From Isurus oxyrinchus (taxonomy: Eukaryota), in NCBI GenBank assembly GCA_026770705.1, contig JANJGN010000011.1, positions 98,518,001 to 98,582,000 on the forward strand: a stretch of DNA of 64,000 nucleotides. Direction: 5' to 3'. A program made the translations under genes and the position numbers. This document shows positions 1-12,899 of the stretch, piece by piece. The notes beneath the pieces are model-generated. The model saw only the letters and a list, made by a program, of their open reading frames with translations. It searched no databases and was not told where the DNA came from. Numbering within the stretch: the stretch's first letter is position 1; each line of letters begins with the position of its first letter.

Positions 1-40
1 TGGAGGTGGTGGTGGGGGTGTGGAGGTGGTGGTGGGGGTG
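1..40. repeat. G-rich 20-bp tandem repeat (2 copies visible)
   Basis: TGGAGGTGGTGGTGGGGGTG x2 at the window edge. Confidence 0.8.
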
Positions 41-2899
41 CAGTCCTTCATGCCGCTTTATGCATGTTCAATTGTGCTGGCCTAAAAGAGGAGCTTGGCT
101 AGAGGTGGAGTTCCTGTGCTGGTGTCAAGTCGTGTTACATGCTGATTGATGTCATAATCTTCCTGCTCTGTATACTTCAGCAGACATCAAGTGCAAATAA
201 GCTAACTCTATTATCAAGTTGGCATTAAGTATGCTTTGTACCAGAAATGTGTGCCCACCACGAATGCCATTTTGGAACCCAAGGGTGCTTATAACCCTAC
301 CCTGACCATATTGGTTTATGAAAAGATGTTGGGAGCTTACATACGAGGGAGAGTGCAACATACAGGACTTTCCATCATTGTATTGTTTATATTGCACACT
401 CACTGATTTCATTTTTTAACCTATGGAAGAGTGAGGTGATAACAAAAGCACAAGAATCTCTATTTCTATGGCCCTCCTCACAAACAGAGCAATATTTCAG
501 ACTGCTTTACATAGGTAAACAAAGAACGGACAAGGCAAAGAAAAAAGAGATTGAGGAAATAAAACAGTCTTAAGGGAGCTGTCTCAAAGAGGCTTCTGAA
601 TAGAGAGGGTTAACAAAGGCATGGTACTAGGGGAAGAGAGACTGAGCATGATGGTTGAAGGAGGGGCCATCAATAGAGGCGGCTGGGTAAGAAGTAGTCA
701 TCTAGTATCAAAGGCGTACAGGATGAAAGAAGGAATGCATTTTTGCAGAAGATCATTCAGGTGGAGTGGGCAAGGTATTAGAGGAATTTGAAGGCAAGGA
801 TATAGACCCTGAGGTCGTTTCACTGGGGTGGGGTACAGGAGTCAGTGGGGCTTGGTGAGAAGGGAGATAATGATGGTATGGTTGTTGACATGGATGAGAA
901 CATGGGCAGCCATGGTTTGCATAAATTGTCATGGGTGGACAAGTTGTAGGTTGTGGAGGGTGGAAAGGGGAGTACTGAGAAAATTGAGCCAAGGTAACAA
1001 AGACATGGATAAGGCTTCTGTAGTACATTTGGTTCTAGCAGCAGAAAACAAGAATAAAGAAGGATAAAGAGAAATGTTCAACAAGATTACAAAAGCAAAA
1101 ATACTGTGAATGCTGGAAATCTGAAATAAAATCAAAGTCCTGGGCATACTCAGCAGGTCAGGCAGCATCTATGGAAAGAAAGAAAGAATTAACACTTCAG
1201 TTCAATGACCTTTGATCAGAGCCAGGAAAAAAAGATCGAAGAGGCCTTACACAAGTGAAAGGGTGAGGGTGGGAAAAAGGCCAAAGGGAACTGGGAAATC
1301 CTTTAATATGCCTTAAGTGGCCCTTAATGAACTGTATTGGCTACCAACTGCATGCAGACAGGTGGCCTTGCCATCTGCACCTCCACCCCCTCGCCTCAAT
1401 GAAAATGGCCCAGAGATAGGATGAAACTGGCACACTGGCTGGCGGAGCTACGTTTAGCTCCCACCCACCTCTAGGCCCCACTGGGGTCATCATCAAAGCT
1501 CAAGCCTGGTAACTTTGTTTCTAACTCCACAGCTGCTGCCTATCCTTCTGAGAATTTTCAGCATTTTCTGTTGTTATTTGTTCATTAAGATTGCCCTTTT
1601 CAATTTAACCAGCACAGTTTCAGGATTGTGCATAAGTGGAAGCCTGATTAGAGTTTTGAACATGAATGATGGGGGAGGTGGGACCTTTTCCAGGACTTTA
1701 AAAAAAATGGTTTAAATTGGGATTATGATTATGTAGTTTTTAATTATGTGAGAACTTATGGCAAAGATAGAGATTGAAGTGCTGAAAATGCAAACATGAA
1801 GGGATGGAAGGAAGCTGGATGGTCAGGAACTGGGTCAGGTGGGTTTCAAAGGTGGGCTTCATAAGCTTAATGAGGGCAACAGAGAAGTTGTGTCAAAAAC
1901 TATGGAATAAGGGGCTGGAATTTGGGGTGGAGCTAGAAACAGCAGAGAAAATTATCTTGATTTTGAACATAAAATAGCTCAGCATTTGAAAGGTTATTCA
2001 GCATTCCCAGATTCCCAGTCAGGAGCAACAGTGCTGGCAGGAGAACTTTGCTAATTATGCTGACATTATAACTTCATCACACACTTCCTTTGCCTGCAGT
2101 TTTCCTGTTGGGAGGTTGAAATTACTCTTTTGGTATCTCAAGTATAGATAAAGTGAAGGGAAGTCAGAAGCACCAGTTTGTTGTGAACGTGTTTGAAGCT
2201 GTTCCTGAAACCCCAGATGACCTTAGAATTCTGAAATGATCTGCCCACGGAAAGGGAAATTCAACAGTTTGTTACAGTTGAACATATTTGCCAATAGATA
2301 GCCATGCTCACTGGTCACCAAGTATGGTCTGTGGAATTGAGACCGTAAAGGTGGCTGTGTCAAGGGATTCAGCTGGTTTAGAAGAAAATTTGTAATTTAA
2401 TGGAGTCAGAAGTGTTAAAGTGGCCATCATAATGGCTTTGCGCTACGGGAATTTCAAAATCTAGATGGTTTCTACGTATTCCATCTTAAGGGACTGTTAG
2501 TATGGCATACTAGTCCCCTGGACCCTATGTTCTGCATCTTAAGGTTTTAAAAGAAGTGGCAACAGCAATAGTGGGTGCATTTGTTGTAATCTTCCAAAAT
2601 TCTCTATATTCTGGAAAGGTCTCAGTGGATTGGAAATTTACAAATGTAACACCCTGATTCAAGAAAGGAGGGAGGCAGAAAGCAGGGAACTATATGCCAG
2701 TTAGCCTAACATCTGTCATTAGGAACATTGAAAATGCTAGAATGTATTAGAGTAACAGGACAGTTAGAAAATTTTAATAGAAACAAGCAGAGTCAACATG
2801 GTTTTGTGAAAGGGAAACAGTGTTTGACAAATTTATTAATGTTCTTTGAGGGTGGATAAAGGTGAACCAATAAATGTAGTGTATTTGGATTTTTAAATT

Positions 2900-3735
2900 A
2901 ATTTGTTTTACTCATTCACAGGATGGGGGCTTCGCTGGCTGGGCTGGCATTTATTGCCCATCCCTAGTTGTCCTTGAGAAGGTGGTGCTGTGCTGCCTTC
3001 TTGAACCACTGCAGTCCTTGTGGTGTAGGTACACCCACAGTGCTGTTAGAAAGGGAGTTCCAGAATTTTTACCCAGTGATAGTGAAGGAACGGCGATATA
3101 TTTCCAAGTCAGGATGGTGTGTGACTTGGAGGGGAATTTCCAGGTGGTGGTGTTCCCATCTATCTGCTGCCCTTGTCCTTCTAGATGGTAGTGGTCGTGG
3201 GTTTGGAAGGTGCTGTCGAAGGAACCTTGGTGAATTCCTGCAGTGCATCTTGCAGATGGTACACACTGCTGCCACTGTGTGTCGGTGGTGGAGGGAGTGA
3301 ATGTTTGTGAATGCGGTGCCAATCAAGTGAGTGCTTTGCCCTGGATGGTGTCAAGCTTCTTGAGTATTGTGGGAGCTGCACTCATCCAGTCAATGGGGAG
3401 TGTTCCATCACACTCCTGACTTTTGCCTTGTAAATGGTGGACAGGTTTTGGGGAGTCAGGGGGTGAGTTACACGTCGCAGGATTCCTAGCCTCTGACCTG
3501 CTCTTTTAGCCACAGTATTTATATGGATAGTCCAGTTCAGCTTCTGGTCAATGGTAACCCCCAGAATGTTAATAGTGGGGGATTCAGTGATGGTAATGCC
3601 ATTGAATGAAAAGGGGCAATGGCTAGATTCTCTCTTATTGGAGATGGTCATTGCCTGGCACGAATGTTACTTTCCATTTGTCAGACTAAGCCTGGATATT
3701 GGCCAGGTCTTGCTGCATTTGGATATGGACTGCCA
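2900..3735 (-). mobile_element. 5'-truncated non-LTR retrotransposon (CR1/Jockey-group RT C-terminus plus 3' UTR)
   Basis: ORF 3382..3651 reads ILGVTIDQKLNW...GILRR...IYKAKVRSVME. The same family occurs at about 9130-10215(+), 22140-22300(-), 56405-56725(+) and 57470-57800(+). Confidence 0.8.
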
Positions 3736-3941
3736 AAAGTCATTTCATAAGGTGCCCCATAAAACTTTACAACACAAGAGCTGGTTTTGGGGCTGTTAGA
3801 GTAGCGTGGTTAAAGGATTGGCTAATTAACAGGAAACAAGGAGTCTGGATAAATGGGTCATTTTCAGGTTTTCAACCTGTAACGAGTGCAGTGCCACAGG
3901 GATCTCTGCTGGGGCCCCAACTACTTATGATCTCTATTAAT

Positions 3942-4866
3942 AGACCAAATCTTCTACTCTCCAGATTGTCAAAGACTGGATGGTACAACTGAAGATTTGC
4001 GTCGGAGACCTATGCAAGTCCTGACATGCAGACCCACGTGGGAATTGTCTGGGAAGTTTCAATTTCTGATGGGCAATCCCCCTGTTCCCAGGGACCCTCT
4101 GTGAAACTGTGGATAGTCCCGCGGTACTTCCCTGGGTAGTTACCCAGGAAATGTTAGACCGATAAAAAACCTAGTTTAACATCTGGATAACGACACAACT
4201 GATTACCCCTCCCCACCATCCAATCACCAACCTTGACCATCCAAGCAACCTCCTAACCCACCTGACTACTCTGCTGACCCAACCCAACAACCGAACTTAC
4301 CAATCAACCGGACCAAGGTATTCCCCAACCCGACTACCCAATGTCCCAACACAACTACTCCCCAAGACAATCTAACTACCCGCCAAGCACCTATCCTCCG
4401 ACCTGACTACTCCTCCCGACCACCCCCATCTATCACCTCACCCACTTACCCACACTCTACACTTCATCCAACCAGCACCTCAACCACCTCCACCTCACCT
4501 ATCCACTCACTTATCCACCTCACTCAGCCTACACACCTCACCCATCCACCATCTCACCTACTTATCCACCTTACCTTCCCACCTACCCATTCATTCACTC
4601 ACCCATTCATCTACCACACACTTATCCATTCATTAATATTCAGCTAGGCATATAAAGTTGCCATTTGGCAGTTCGTACTGTAAAAAGGGGGCATGTCCTG
4701 TCTTTCCCCGACTTCATTCCGACGGAGTTTCCCAAAATGGCGCTGTTCTGTGCATTTCTGAGAAAGCCAGGCTTGGAAGGTCAAAGAAAAAATGCGCATG
4801 AGTTGGGCAATTTTCGAGTGAAGCAGCAATCCAGCTATCACTACCACTGCTCAGAAAATCTGAGCC
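3942..4866. mobile_element. PIF/Harbinger-type non-autonomous element with a C-rich minisatellite core (family B)
   Basis: Termini AGACCAAATCTTCT...AGAAAATCTGAGCC. Inserted in CR1 at TATTAAT|GACTTGG with a 3-bp TSD AAT/ATT. Homologous to 59709-60624. Confidence 0.7.
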
Positions 4867-5446
4867 ATTGACTTGGATGGAGGGACAGAATGCATTGTGG
4901 CTAAATTTGCTGACGATACAGAGTTAAGAAGAAAAGCGAGTTGTGAGGGGAATACAAAGTCTGTAAAGGGACATAAGTAGGTTAAATGAGTGGGCAAAGG
5001 TTTGGTAGATGCGGCAAAATGAGAGGTTGTCCACTTTGGTGGGAAGAACAGGAAAGCAGAGCATTATTTAAAAAGTTATTTAAGCCATGTTTTAGTTTCT
5101 CAATCTCACTCCTTCTCCTCACACTGACATGAAACAGGGGATGAGTGAGAGCATTTAAAAGACCAACATTGGATACATCAGATATTATGCAGAACAACCT
5201 TGAGAATCAAAGTATTTCCCAATTCAAAAATAATTTGTTTTAAAACATGACAGACAAGAGCACCCAGGTGTAAAAGTAAAAATGGTCAAAAATATTGAAT
5301 ACAGTGACAAAAGTGACTTGTAATGTTTAATCAGAATTATAATACAGTAATAACACCTGACAGGAAGGAGGGTTTAAGGAAAATCATGTACTCCCTGTAC
5401 ACTTAGTGTCTTGATATGAATTCCAGTACTATTGCACTTTAGTTAC

Positions 5447-5584
5447 CTGGTGTGGGTAGGCATCTCCTGAGCCCATCAGCTTTTTGTTTTGGTCATACAG
5501 CATCCACAGTTGGCTATCAAATTCAGACTCGTACAGGAGTTCACAAAGTAGGGGACAGCTGGCAGTCACCTCTCCATTCTTGGG
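5447..5584 (-). CDS. TPP2: TPP2 exon (~21), 138 nt
   Basis: TCTAG|CCC...CAG|GTAAC. Encodes [46 protein letters not shown]. The next expected exon (YSLKLEKG...) was not found in 1-5446. Confidence 0.97.
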
Positions 5585-7410
5585 CTAGAGTTAGGAAGAA
5601 AAATTGTGCATCATTGCCATTTAAAATGAAAATCTGCAAAAGACTCGTGTATAATTTTTGAAAAACTATATTTATTGTAAGACTATAATGAAGGCATGTG
5701 CTCCACATTTAACTTTCTGTAATTTATTAATAGTTCTAATTACACTTAGAAATCAAACTCCAGAGGGAGAATTTTTTAAATATCAAGCACTGTAGGGTAA
5801 GGCTGCATCAGCTGTTGTTCCGTTCCTCCAAAGTTGTAGGGATACACTCATTTGTAAGATGCGAATGATTCATTTTTTTTAAAAAAGGATTTGTCTAATT
5901 GAGTTAGAAATATCAGGATTGAGGTTCTTCTAAGGCAATCACTTCCATCCAGTCAACCATAGTTCATCAGTCTCATAATAGTATAACTAATACCAGAACT
6001 AGACCTTGTTATTTCTGCAGGCAATAGAATGCCCTCTAACTTTCTAAATTTGTGATGTGGCTCTACCGAGAACATTCATTATGTGGTTGTGCATCTTGGC
6101 AATACATTGTTGAAAGAACATCAGTTCATTAGGTAGGTAATGTGCTCCATTCATCTTGACCAGGATTTTAATTGTTAGCAAGTTTCCTATAGGAAGTGCT
6201 AGTTTCAGTTATGTTCCTGCATCCCGATGTAGAACAAGCCTGTGGCAATTTTATCCAGTGGGGCACTTATGCATGTTGTTGGCTGACTTCCCACCTGGAA
6301 CAGCAGGGAGTAGTTGACATCCTGCAGAAATTCAGGTGGCCCTCAGCTGTCTGCCGGCACTCAGGCAAGTGTGGAAACTGGCTGCAGGAGGTCTCACAGT
6401 ATAGCAAGGCGGGTGGGAAGGGCGAATTCTGTGCCCACAAAGTAAAGTCTGGTAGACCTAAGATTGCCTTATGGGGTTTAGAGAATACTCCTACTAGCCC
6501 CACAAAGCAAAGTAAAAATTTAACCTTCAATGACCTCTTCCGCTTCTGATCCTCTTCTCACCTGACTTTACCTGGCAGGAAAGCTACAAAGCCTGCATCA
6601 CTCAAGTAGGAATTAAAATTATGGTCCGAGTTAAATGATGTCTGTCCCCTGATTTCCACATTTAAAGAAGCCTGCCAGCTTCAGAAGAGTGCCTTTCTCA
6701 CCTGCTCAGGAGAACAGGTTAAAACTGAGGATGGCAGGATGCAAGTGGATCATCAGTGAGTATTTCCCCCTGGTCAATTTTAGCTAAGTTTCAAATGGGC
6801 AAGAAGGGTTAAAAATCAACCCTCAAGTTTTTACCAGCAGTTTAATTAACAAGGCTTTAATTCACTTTAACAACCTGGTACATTTAATTATGTGCCATTA
6901 ATAACAAATTTTCATAGATTCCTTTCTGGAAATATTCATAAATTCCAATCATGCTTAAAACAATAAGCACATATTTTATACATGGTGTTGGGAAGAAAAA
7001 GATGAGGAACTGTCTGTGATATCCACAGTCAAATGGTTCAGCAACAGTTTGACACTCTTGTACTTTGGAATGATACAACTGTGGAACTGTACCTGAGTAG
7101 TGGTCACAGCCTTCAGGGAGGGAAGGGAAAAAAGGGGAAAACTGAAGAAGGAAGAAAAGTCCTACAGCATTGTAAATAAGGCTTTTATATCAAAGTTATC
7201 TGAATCATCTACTGATTTTTAAAAATAGCTTATATAGCACTGTTCATGGCCACTGGACGTCACAAAGCGCTTTACAGTCAATGATGTACTTTTGGAGTTA
7301 GTCACTGTTGTAATGTAAGGAACACAGCAGACAATGTGACAACAACCAAATAACCTGTTTTCGTGCTGTTTATTGAAGGATAGATATTACAACAGGGCAT
7401 TGGAGATAAA

Positions 7411-8858
7411 AACAAAAAACTACGGATGCTGGAAATCCAAAACAAAAACAGAATGACCTGGAAAAACTCAGCAGGTCTGGCAGCATCGGCGGAGAAGAAA
7501 AGAGTTGACATTTCGCGTCCTCATGACCCTTCAACAGAACTAGGTGAATCCAAGGAGAGGGGTGAAATATAAGCTGGTTTAAGGTGGGGGGGGCGGGGGG
7601 GGTGTGGTGTGGTTGTAGGGACAAGCAAGTAGTGATAGGAGCAGATCATCAAGAGATGTCACAGACAAAAGAACAAAAGGTGTTGAAGTTGGTGATATTA
7701 TCTAAATGAATGTGCTAATTAAGAATGGATGGTACAGCACTCAAGGTACAGCTCTAGTTGGGGTGGGGGGGGGGGCATTAAAGATTTAAATAAATTATTG
7801 GAAAAAACAAAAGGAAGGGGGAAGAAACAGAAAGGGGGTGGGGATGGAGTTCAAGACCTAAAGTTGTTGAATTCAATATTCAGTCTGGAAGGCTGTAAAG
7901 TGCCTAGTCGGAAGATGAGGTGCTGTTCCTCCAGTTTGCGTTGGGCTTCACTGGAACAATGCAGCAAGCCAAGGACAGATATGTGGGCAGGAGAGCAGTG
8001 TGGAGTGTTAAAATGGCAAGCGACAGGGAGGTTTGGGTCATTCTTGCAGACAAACCGCAGGTGTTCTGCAAAGCGGTCGCCCAGTTTACGTTTGGTCTCT
8101 CCAATGTAGAGGAGACCGCATTGGGAGCAACGAATGCAGTAAACTAAGTTGGGGGAAATGCAAGTGAAATGCTGCTTCACTTGAAAGGAGTGTTTGGGCC
8201 CTTGGACAGTGAGGAGAGAGGAAATGAAGGAGCAGGTGTTACATCTTTTACGTGGGCATGGGGAGGTGCCATAGGTGGGGGTTGAGGAGTAGGGGGTGAT
8301 GGAGGAGTGGACCAGGGTGTCCCAGAGGAACGATCCCTACGGAATGCCGCCGAGGGGGTGAAGGGAAGATGTGTTTGGTGGTGGCATCATGCTGGAGTTG
8401 GCGGAAATGGCGGAGGATGATCCTTTGAATGCGGAGGCTGGTGGGGTGATAAGTGAGGACAAGGGGACCCTATCATGTTTCTGGGAGGGAGGAGAAGGTG
8501 TGAGGGCGGATGCGCGGGAGATGGGCCGGACACGGTTGAGGGCCCTGTCAACGACCGTGGGTGGAAAACCTCGGTTAAGGAAGAAGGAGGACATGTCAGA
8601 GGAACTGTTTTTGAAGGCAGCATCATCAGAACGGATGCAACGGAGGCGAAGGAACTGAGAGAATGGGATGGAGTCCTTACAGGAAGCGGGGTGTGAGGAG
8701 CTGTAGTCGAGATAGCTGTGGGAGTCGGTAGGCTTGTAATGGATATTGGTAGACAGTCTATCACCAGAGATTGAGACATAGAGGTCAAGGAAGGGACGGG
8801 AAGTGTCAGAGATGGACCACGTTAAAATGATGGAGGGGTGGAGATTGGAAGCAAAACA
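7411..8858 (-). mobile_element. Penelope-like element (RT C-terminus, GIY-YIG endonuclease, 3' region), inserted in a SINE
   Basis: ORF 7851..8180 NLVYCIRCSQCGLLYIGETKR...RFAEHLR is a PLE GIY-YIG domain. TSD GGAGATAAA at 7402-7410 and 8859-8867. Confidence 0.9.
7503..7541 (-). ncRNA. Minimal type I hammerhead ribozyme motif (variant core, partly decayed) in a PLE
   Basis: Minus strand reads AGTT-CTGTTGA-A-GGGTC-ATGAG-GACGC-GAAA-TGTC-AACT. Confidence 0.55.
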
Positions 8859-9129
8859 GGAGATAAACCCCTGTTTCTTCTTTGAAATAGTGCCTTGGGA
8901 ACTTTTACATCCACCAGCGCAGGCAGATGGAACCTTTCAGATGAAAGATATTCAGCAAATATTTGGTGTGCTACCAACTGAGCCAGAGATGGTAGCATTT
9001 CATGATTGTTTTTCAGACAACCAGGTGAATACTGCCAAGCTAAACATGTTCTGCTATTACATCTCATGTCTTTTTTCTTGGTAAAGAAATAGTTGCAAAT
9101 ACATACGTACCCACAAATATCAAGGAAGT

Positions 9130-10215
9130 GTTGACATCAAGGCAGCATTTGGCCAAGTGTGGCACCAAGGGGCCCTAGCAAAACTGGAGTCAATGGGAAT
9201 CAGGGGGAAAACTCCCTACTGGCTGGGGTCATACCTAGCAAAAAGGAAGATGGTTGTGGTTATTGGAGGTCAATCATATCAGTTCCAGGACATCGTTGCA
9301 GGAGTTCCTCAGGGTAGTGTCTAGACCCAACCATCTTCAGCTGCTTCACTAATGACCTTCCTTCCATCATAAGGTCAGAAGTGGGGATGTTCACTGATAA
9401 TTGCACAATGTTTAGCGCCAATCACAACTCCTCAGATACTGAAGCAGTTCGTGCCCACATGCAGTAAGACTTGGACAATAACCAGCCTTGGGTTGACAAG
9501 TGGCAAGTAACATTTGCGTCACACAAGTGCCAGACAATGACCATCTCACAAATGAGAGAATCTTAACTTCACATTTAATGGCATTATCATCGCTGAATCC
9601 CCCACTATCAATATCCTGAGGGGTTATCATTGACTAGAAACTGAACTGGACCTGCCATATAAATTCTGTGGCTACAAGAGTAGGTCAGAGGCTGGGAATT
9701 CTGCAGCGATTAACTCACCTCCTGACTCCCCATAGCCTGTCCACCATTTACAAGGCACAAGTGTGATGGAATATTTTTCACTTGCTTAGATAAGTGCAAC
9801 ACTCAAGAAGCTTGACACTAAGCAGGACAAATCAGCCCGCTTGATTAGCACTCCATCCACAAACATTCACTCCTTCCACACTGACGCACAGTGGCACAGC
9901 AGTGTGTACCATTTACAAGATGCATTGCAGGAACTCACCAAGGTTCCCTAGGCTGCAACTTCCAAACTCATGACTGCTATCATCTAGAAGGACAAGAGCA
10001 GCAGATAAATGGGAACACCACCACCTGGAAGTTCCACTCCAAACTACTCATCATCCTGATTTGGAAATATATCGCCGTTCCTTCACTGTTGCTGGACTAC
10101 ACCACATGGACTCCAGCGGTTCATGAAGACAGCTCACCACCGCCTTCTCAAGGGCGATTAGGGATATGCAATAAATGTTGACGTAGCCAGCGATGCCCAC
10201 ATCCCATGAATGAAT
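9130..10215 (+). mobile_element. Non-LTR retrotransposon fragment, same family as 2900-3735
   Basis: RT motifs DIKAAF, GVPQGSV and a decayed FADD, followed by the 3' UTR ending GCAATAAATG...GAATGAATAA. Confidence 0.8.
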
Positions 10216-10689
10216 AAGAAAGAGATCCAATTGCTGGTAAGATCCACTGGCTGGGAATTCCATGCGAATTGTTCCTGTTGCAGCAGAGTAGAATCCCCAT
10301 CAACCCACATTTGCCTACCAGCTGTTGTGAAATTGGTGGGGGGGTGGGGGGGTGTAGATAGGGTCATTTTAATGGTTATATCAGGCTGCTGTTGTCCAAG
10401 AGCTGCTCATCTCTATCCAGCCTTGTAAGTTAGAGCAACCAACAGCCACTCACCTTGAGGTGACACACAGGAAAGCATTGTTCCTCAAGACATGCGTTAA
10501 TCATTTTCGTCCTCGATCTAGATAATACTGGAGGTCTTTCAAATAGTATACCGCAAATTTGAGCTTAAGTGAGTTACTTGCCATTTTTTGGTCCTGATCC
10601 ATAGATTCATGGAATTATGCCATGCCTAATGCACGAATTTCAGGGCTTATGTCTCAGAAATGAAGACCACCAATTACAACAACAGTTTA

Positions 10690-11620
10690 TACATATGTAA
10701 CACCTTTAACATAGTAAAATGCCCCAAAGTACTTCACAGGAGTGTTATCAAACAAAATCTGACATTGAACAACATAGAGATATTAGGAAAGAAGACAAAA
10801 ACTTGGTAAAAGAAGTTCCCAAATCCTTGCCTCTTTCTCTGTCTGTAATCTCCTCCAGCCCCATAACCTTTCGAGCTATCTGTGGCTCCTTTAATTCTGG
10901 CCTTTTGTGCATTCCCAATTTTAACTGCTCAACCATTGGCCTTTAGTTGCCTAGGCCCCAAGGTCTGGGATTCCCTCTCTACAACTCTCTGTCTCACTAC
11001 GTTGCTTTCCTCCTTTAAGACACTTCTTAAACACTACCTCTTCATACAACCTTCTAGTTATCCAACCTTAATATCCCCTTATGTGGCTTGGGGTTATAGT
11101 TTATTTTATAATGCTCCTATGAAGCACCTTGGGTCATTTCATTATGTTAAAAGCACTATATAAACACTAGTTGCTGTTGTAAGTTTTAAGGAGCGTCTTG
11201 AAGGAGGAAAAAGGCAGAGAGGTTTAGGAAGGGAATTCCAGAGCTGTGGTAACTGAAGTCACTGCTGCCAATGATGGGACCATTAAAATCATGGATGCTC
11301 AAGAGGCCAAAATTAGAAAAGTACAGAAAAATCAGGGGGTTGTACAGTGGAGGTTTCAGAGACGGGTGGGGGAGGGAAAGATGGGGTAAAGACCATGGAG
11401 GAATTTGAAAACAAAAATGAAAATTTTAAAAATTGATGTGTTTAACTTGGAGCCAGTGTAGGTCAGAAAGCACAGGGATGATGGGTGAATGGAACTTGGT
11501 GTGAATTAGGATACTGCCAACAGAGTTTGGATGAGCTCACGTTTACAAAGCGAAGAACATGGGAAGTCAAACAGGAATGCGTTAGAATAGTCAAGTCTGG
11601 AGGTATCAAAAGCATGGATT
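10690..11620. mobile_element. L2-like LINE 3' fragments in both orientations (nested)
   Basis: L2-type 3' end (CCTTTAAGACACTTCTTAAACACTACCTCTT...AAAGCACTATATAAA) sits inside an opposite-strand copy. A similar piece lies at about 51130-51900. Confidence 0.55.
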
Positions 11621-11762
11621 ATTGATTATAATTAATTCATTAAGGTCTCCTTACAAAATAATGAATAAGACCTCACGACTGTTGCACGTATGGCATGAAA
11701 TGGAGAACTGTTTAAAAAAAGCTACATGAACACAATTTCTTCTCCTAATTTTTAGTACTTAC

Positions 11763-11859
11763 TTGATGAAAGTTGTATGTCAAAATAATCTCATAGAAAT
11801 GTCGATTGTTTGGTAAAGTATCTCGTAGTCCTAAAGGCCTTGTTTTTGCACTTACTGGT
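11763..11859 (-). CDS. TPP2: TPP2 exon (~20), 97 nt
   Basis: TTCAG|A...CAA|GTAAG. Encodes PVSAKTRPLGLRDTLPNNRHFYEIILTYNFHQ. Confidence 0.97.
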
Positions 11860-12104
11860 CTGAAATTTGTAAAGAAAAAAAAGGTTTCATTAGGAAAAAT
11901 GAGGTATTAATCATTAAATACAGGAAAGGAAAACAAATGGTTTTACATCCAGAATCTCTGTGGAAATGCAATTGTTCTCCCTTCAGCAAATATTTTATTA
12001 ATTGGGAAGGCAGTTTGATCCTCTATTTTTCAATGCATTTTAGATAAAAAAAAACAGATTAACAGAACTCATTATTTCACAAAACCAATAAAGTTAAGTA
12101 CAAA

Positions 12105-12247
12105 AGATAAAAGCAAAAAACTGCAGATGCTGGAAATCCAAAACAAAAATACTTGGAAAAACTCAGGAGGTCTGACAGCATCTGCGGAGAAGAATACAGT
12201 TAACGTTTCGAGTCCGTATGACTCTGTTGAAGAGTCATATGGACTCG
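12105..12247 (-). mobile_element. Short PLE 3' fragment with a fold-back at the hammerhead motif
   Basis: 15-bp TSD AAAGTTAAGTACAAA at 12090-12104 and 12248-12262; inverted arms at 12206-12225 and 12231-12250. Confidence 0.8.
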
Positions 12248-12899
12248 AAAGTTAAGTACAAATCTGATTCAGTAAAGGATTACCATTTAATTCATATTGA
12301 AATAAGAACACAAGATAACAAACAGGAGCAGGAATAGGCCATTCAGCTCTTTGAGCCTGCTCCACCATTCAATGAGATCACTGCTAGTCTTCTACTTCAA
12401 CACCATTGTCCTGCACTATGCCCATATCTCTTGACGCTTTTAATATGTAGAAATCTATCAATCACAGTCTTAAACATACTCAGGAACTGCTGGAGATTTT
12501 CTGCTTCAACTTTGAAACTTGCTACATCTTTAGAAACCTGTATTGAAGGTGAGTTCATTATTATCCAGCTCCAGGTTCATCTTTGTAGACCAACTTGATT
12601 TGAGCTTTCTACTTCACATCTGATCAGTTGGCAAGACTGATCTATTCCACTCTAGAACATTGCCTGATTACACTTTACTTTTGCCTATTTGCTGTTTAAT
12701 CCTCATCTGTGCTTTCACGTTCCTAAATGTCCTGCTTGCTAACTTTGTCAAGATAGCTCATCACAAGCTCCTGCAAAATTCACACACCAAATTAACCAGC
12801 ATCTTGCCCATTTCTAATAGTTCATTGTGCCCCTCAAGTCAACTTCAAAATCCTCCTTCTCACTTTCAAATTCCTCCATGACATTGCTTCACACAATAT

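Larger units (their letters stand above)
2515..5070 (+). mobile_element. Decayed CR1 LINE RT region, interrupted by another LINE (about 2900-3735) and a TIR element (3942-4866)
   Basis: Remnants of CR1 ORF2 motifs (QHGFVKGKQCLTNL, VPQGSLLGP, KFADDT) continue colinearly across both insertions. Confidence 0.8.

Noticed and set aside
152-421. 86-aa minus-strand ORF behind an acceptor-like AG, as the next TPP2 exon
   Set aside because: All three frames stop within 12 codons of the AG and none resembles the expected YSLKLEKGDY sequence.
1190-1222. Further hammerhead-like remnants (also about 24023-24058 and 41385-41420)
   Set aside because: Core bases are mutated or deleted; counted only as decayed PLE ends.
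4200-4640. Short spaced repeats as a CRISPR-like array (also about 36760-37190 and 59970-60380)
   Set aside because: Degenerate minisatellite with no constant repeat plus unique spacer structure, in eukaryotic transposon context.
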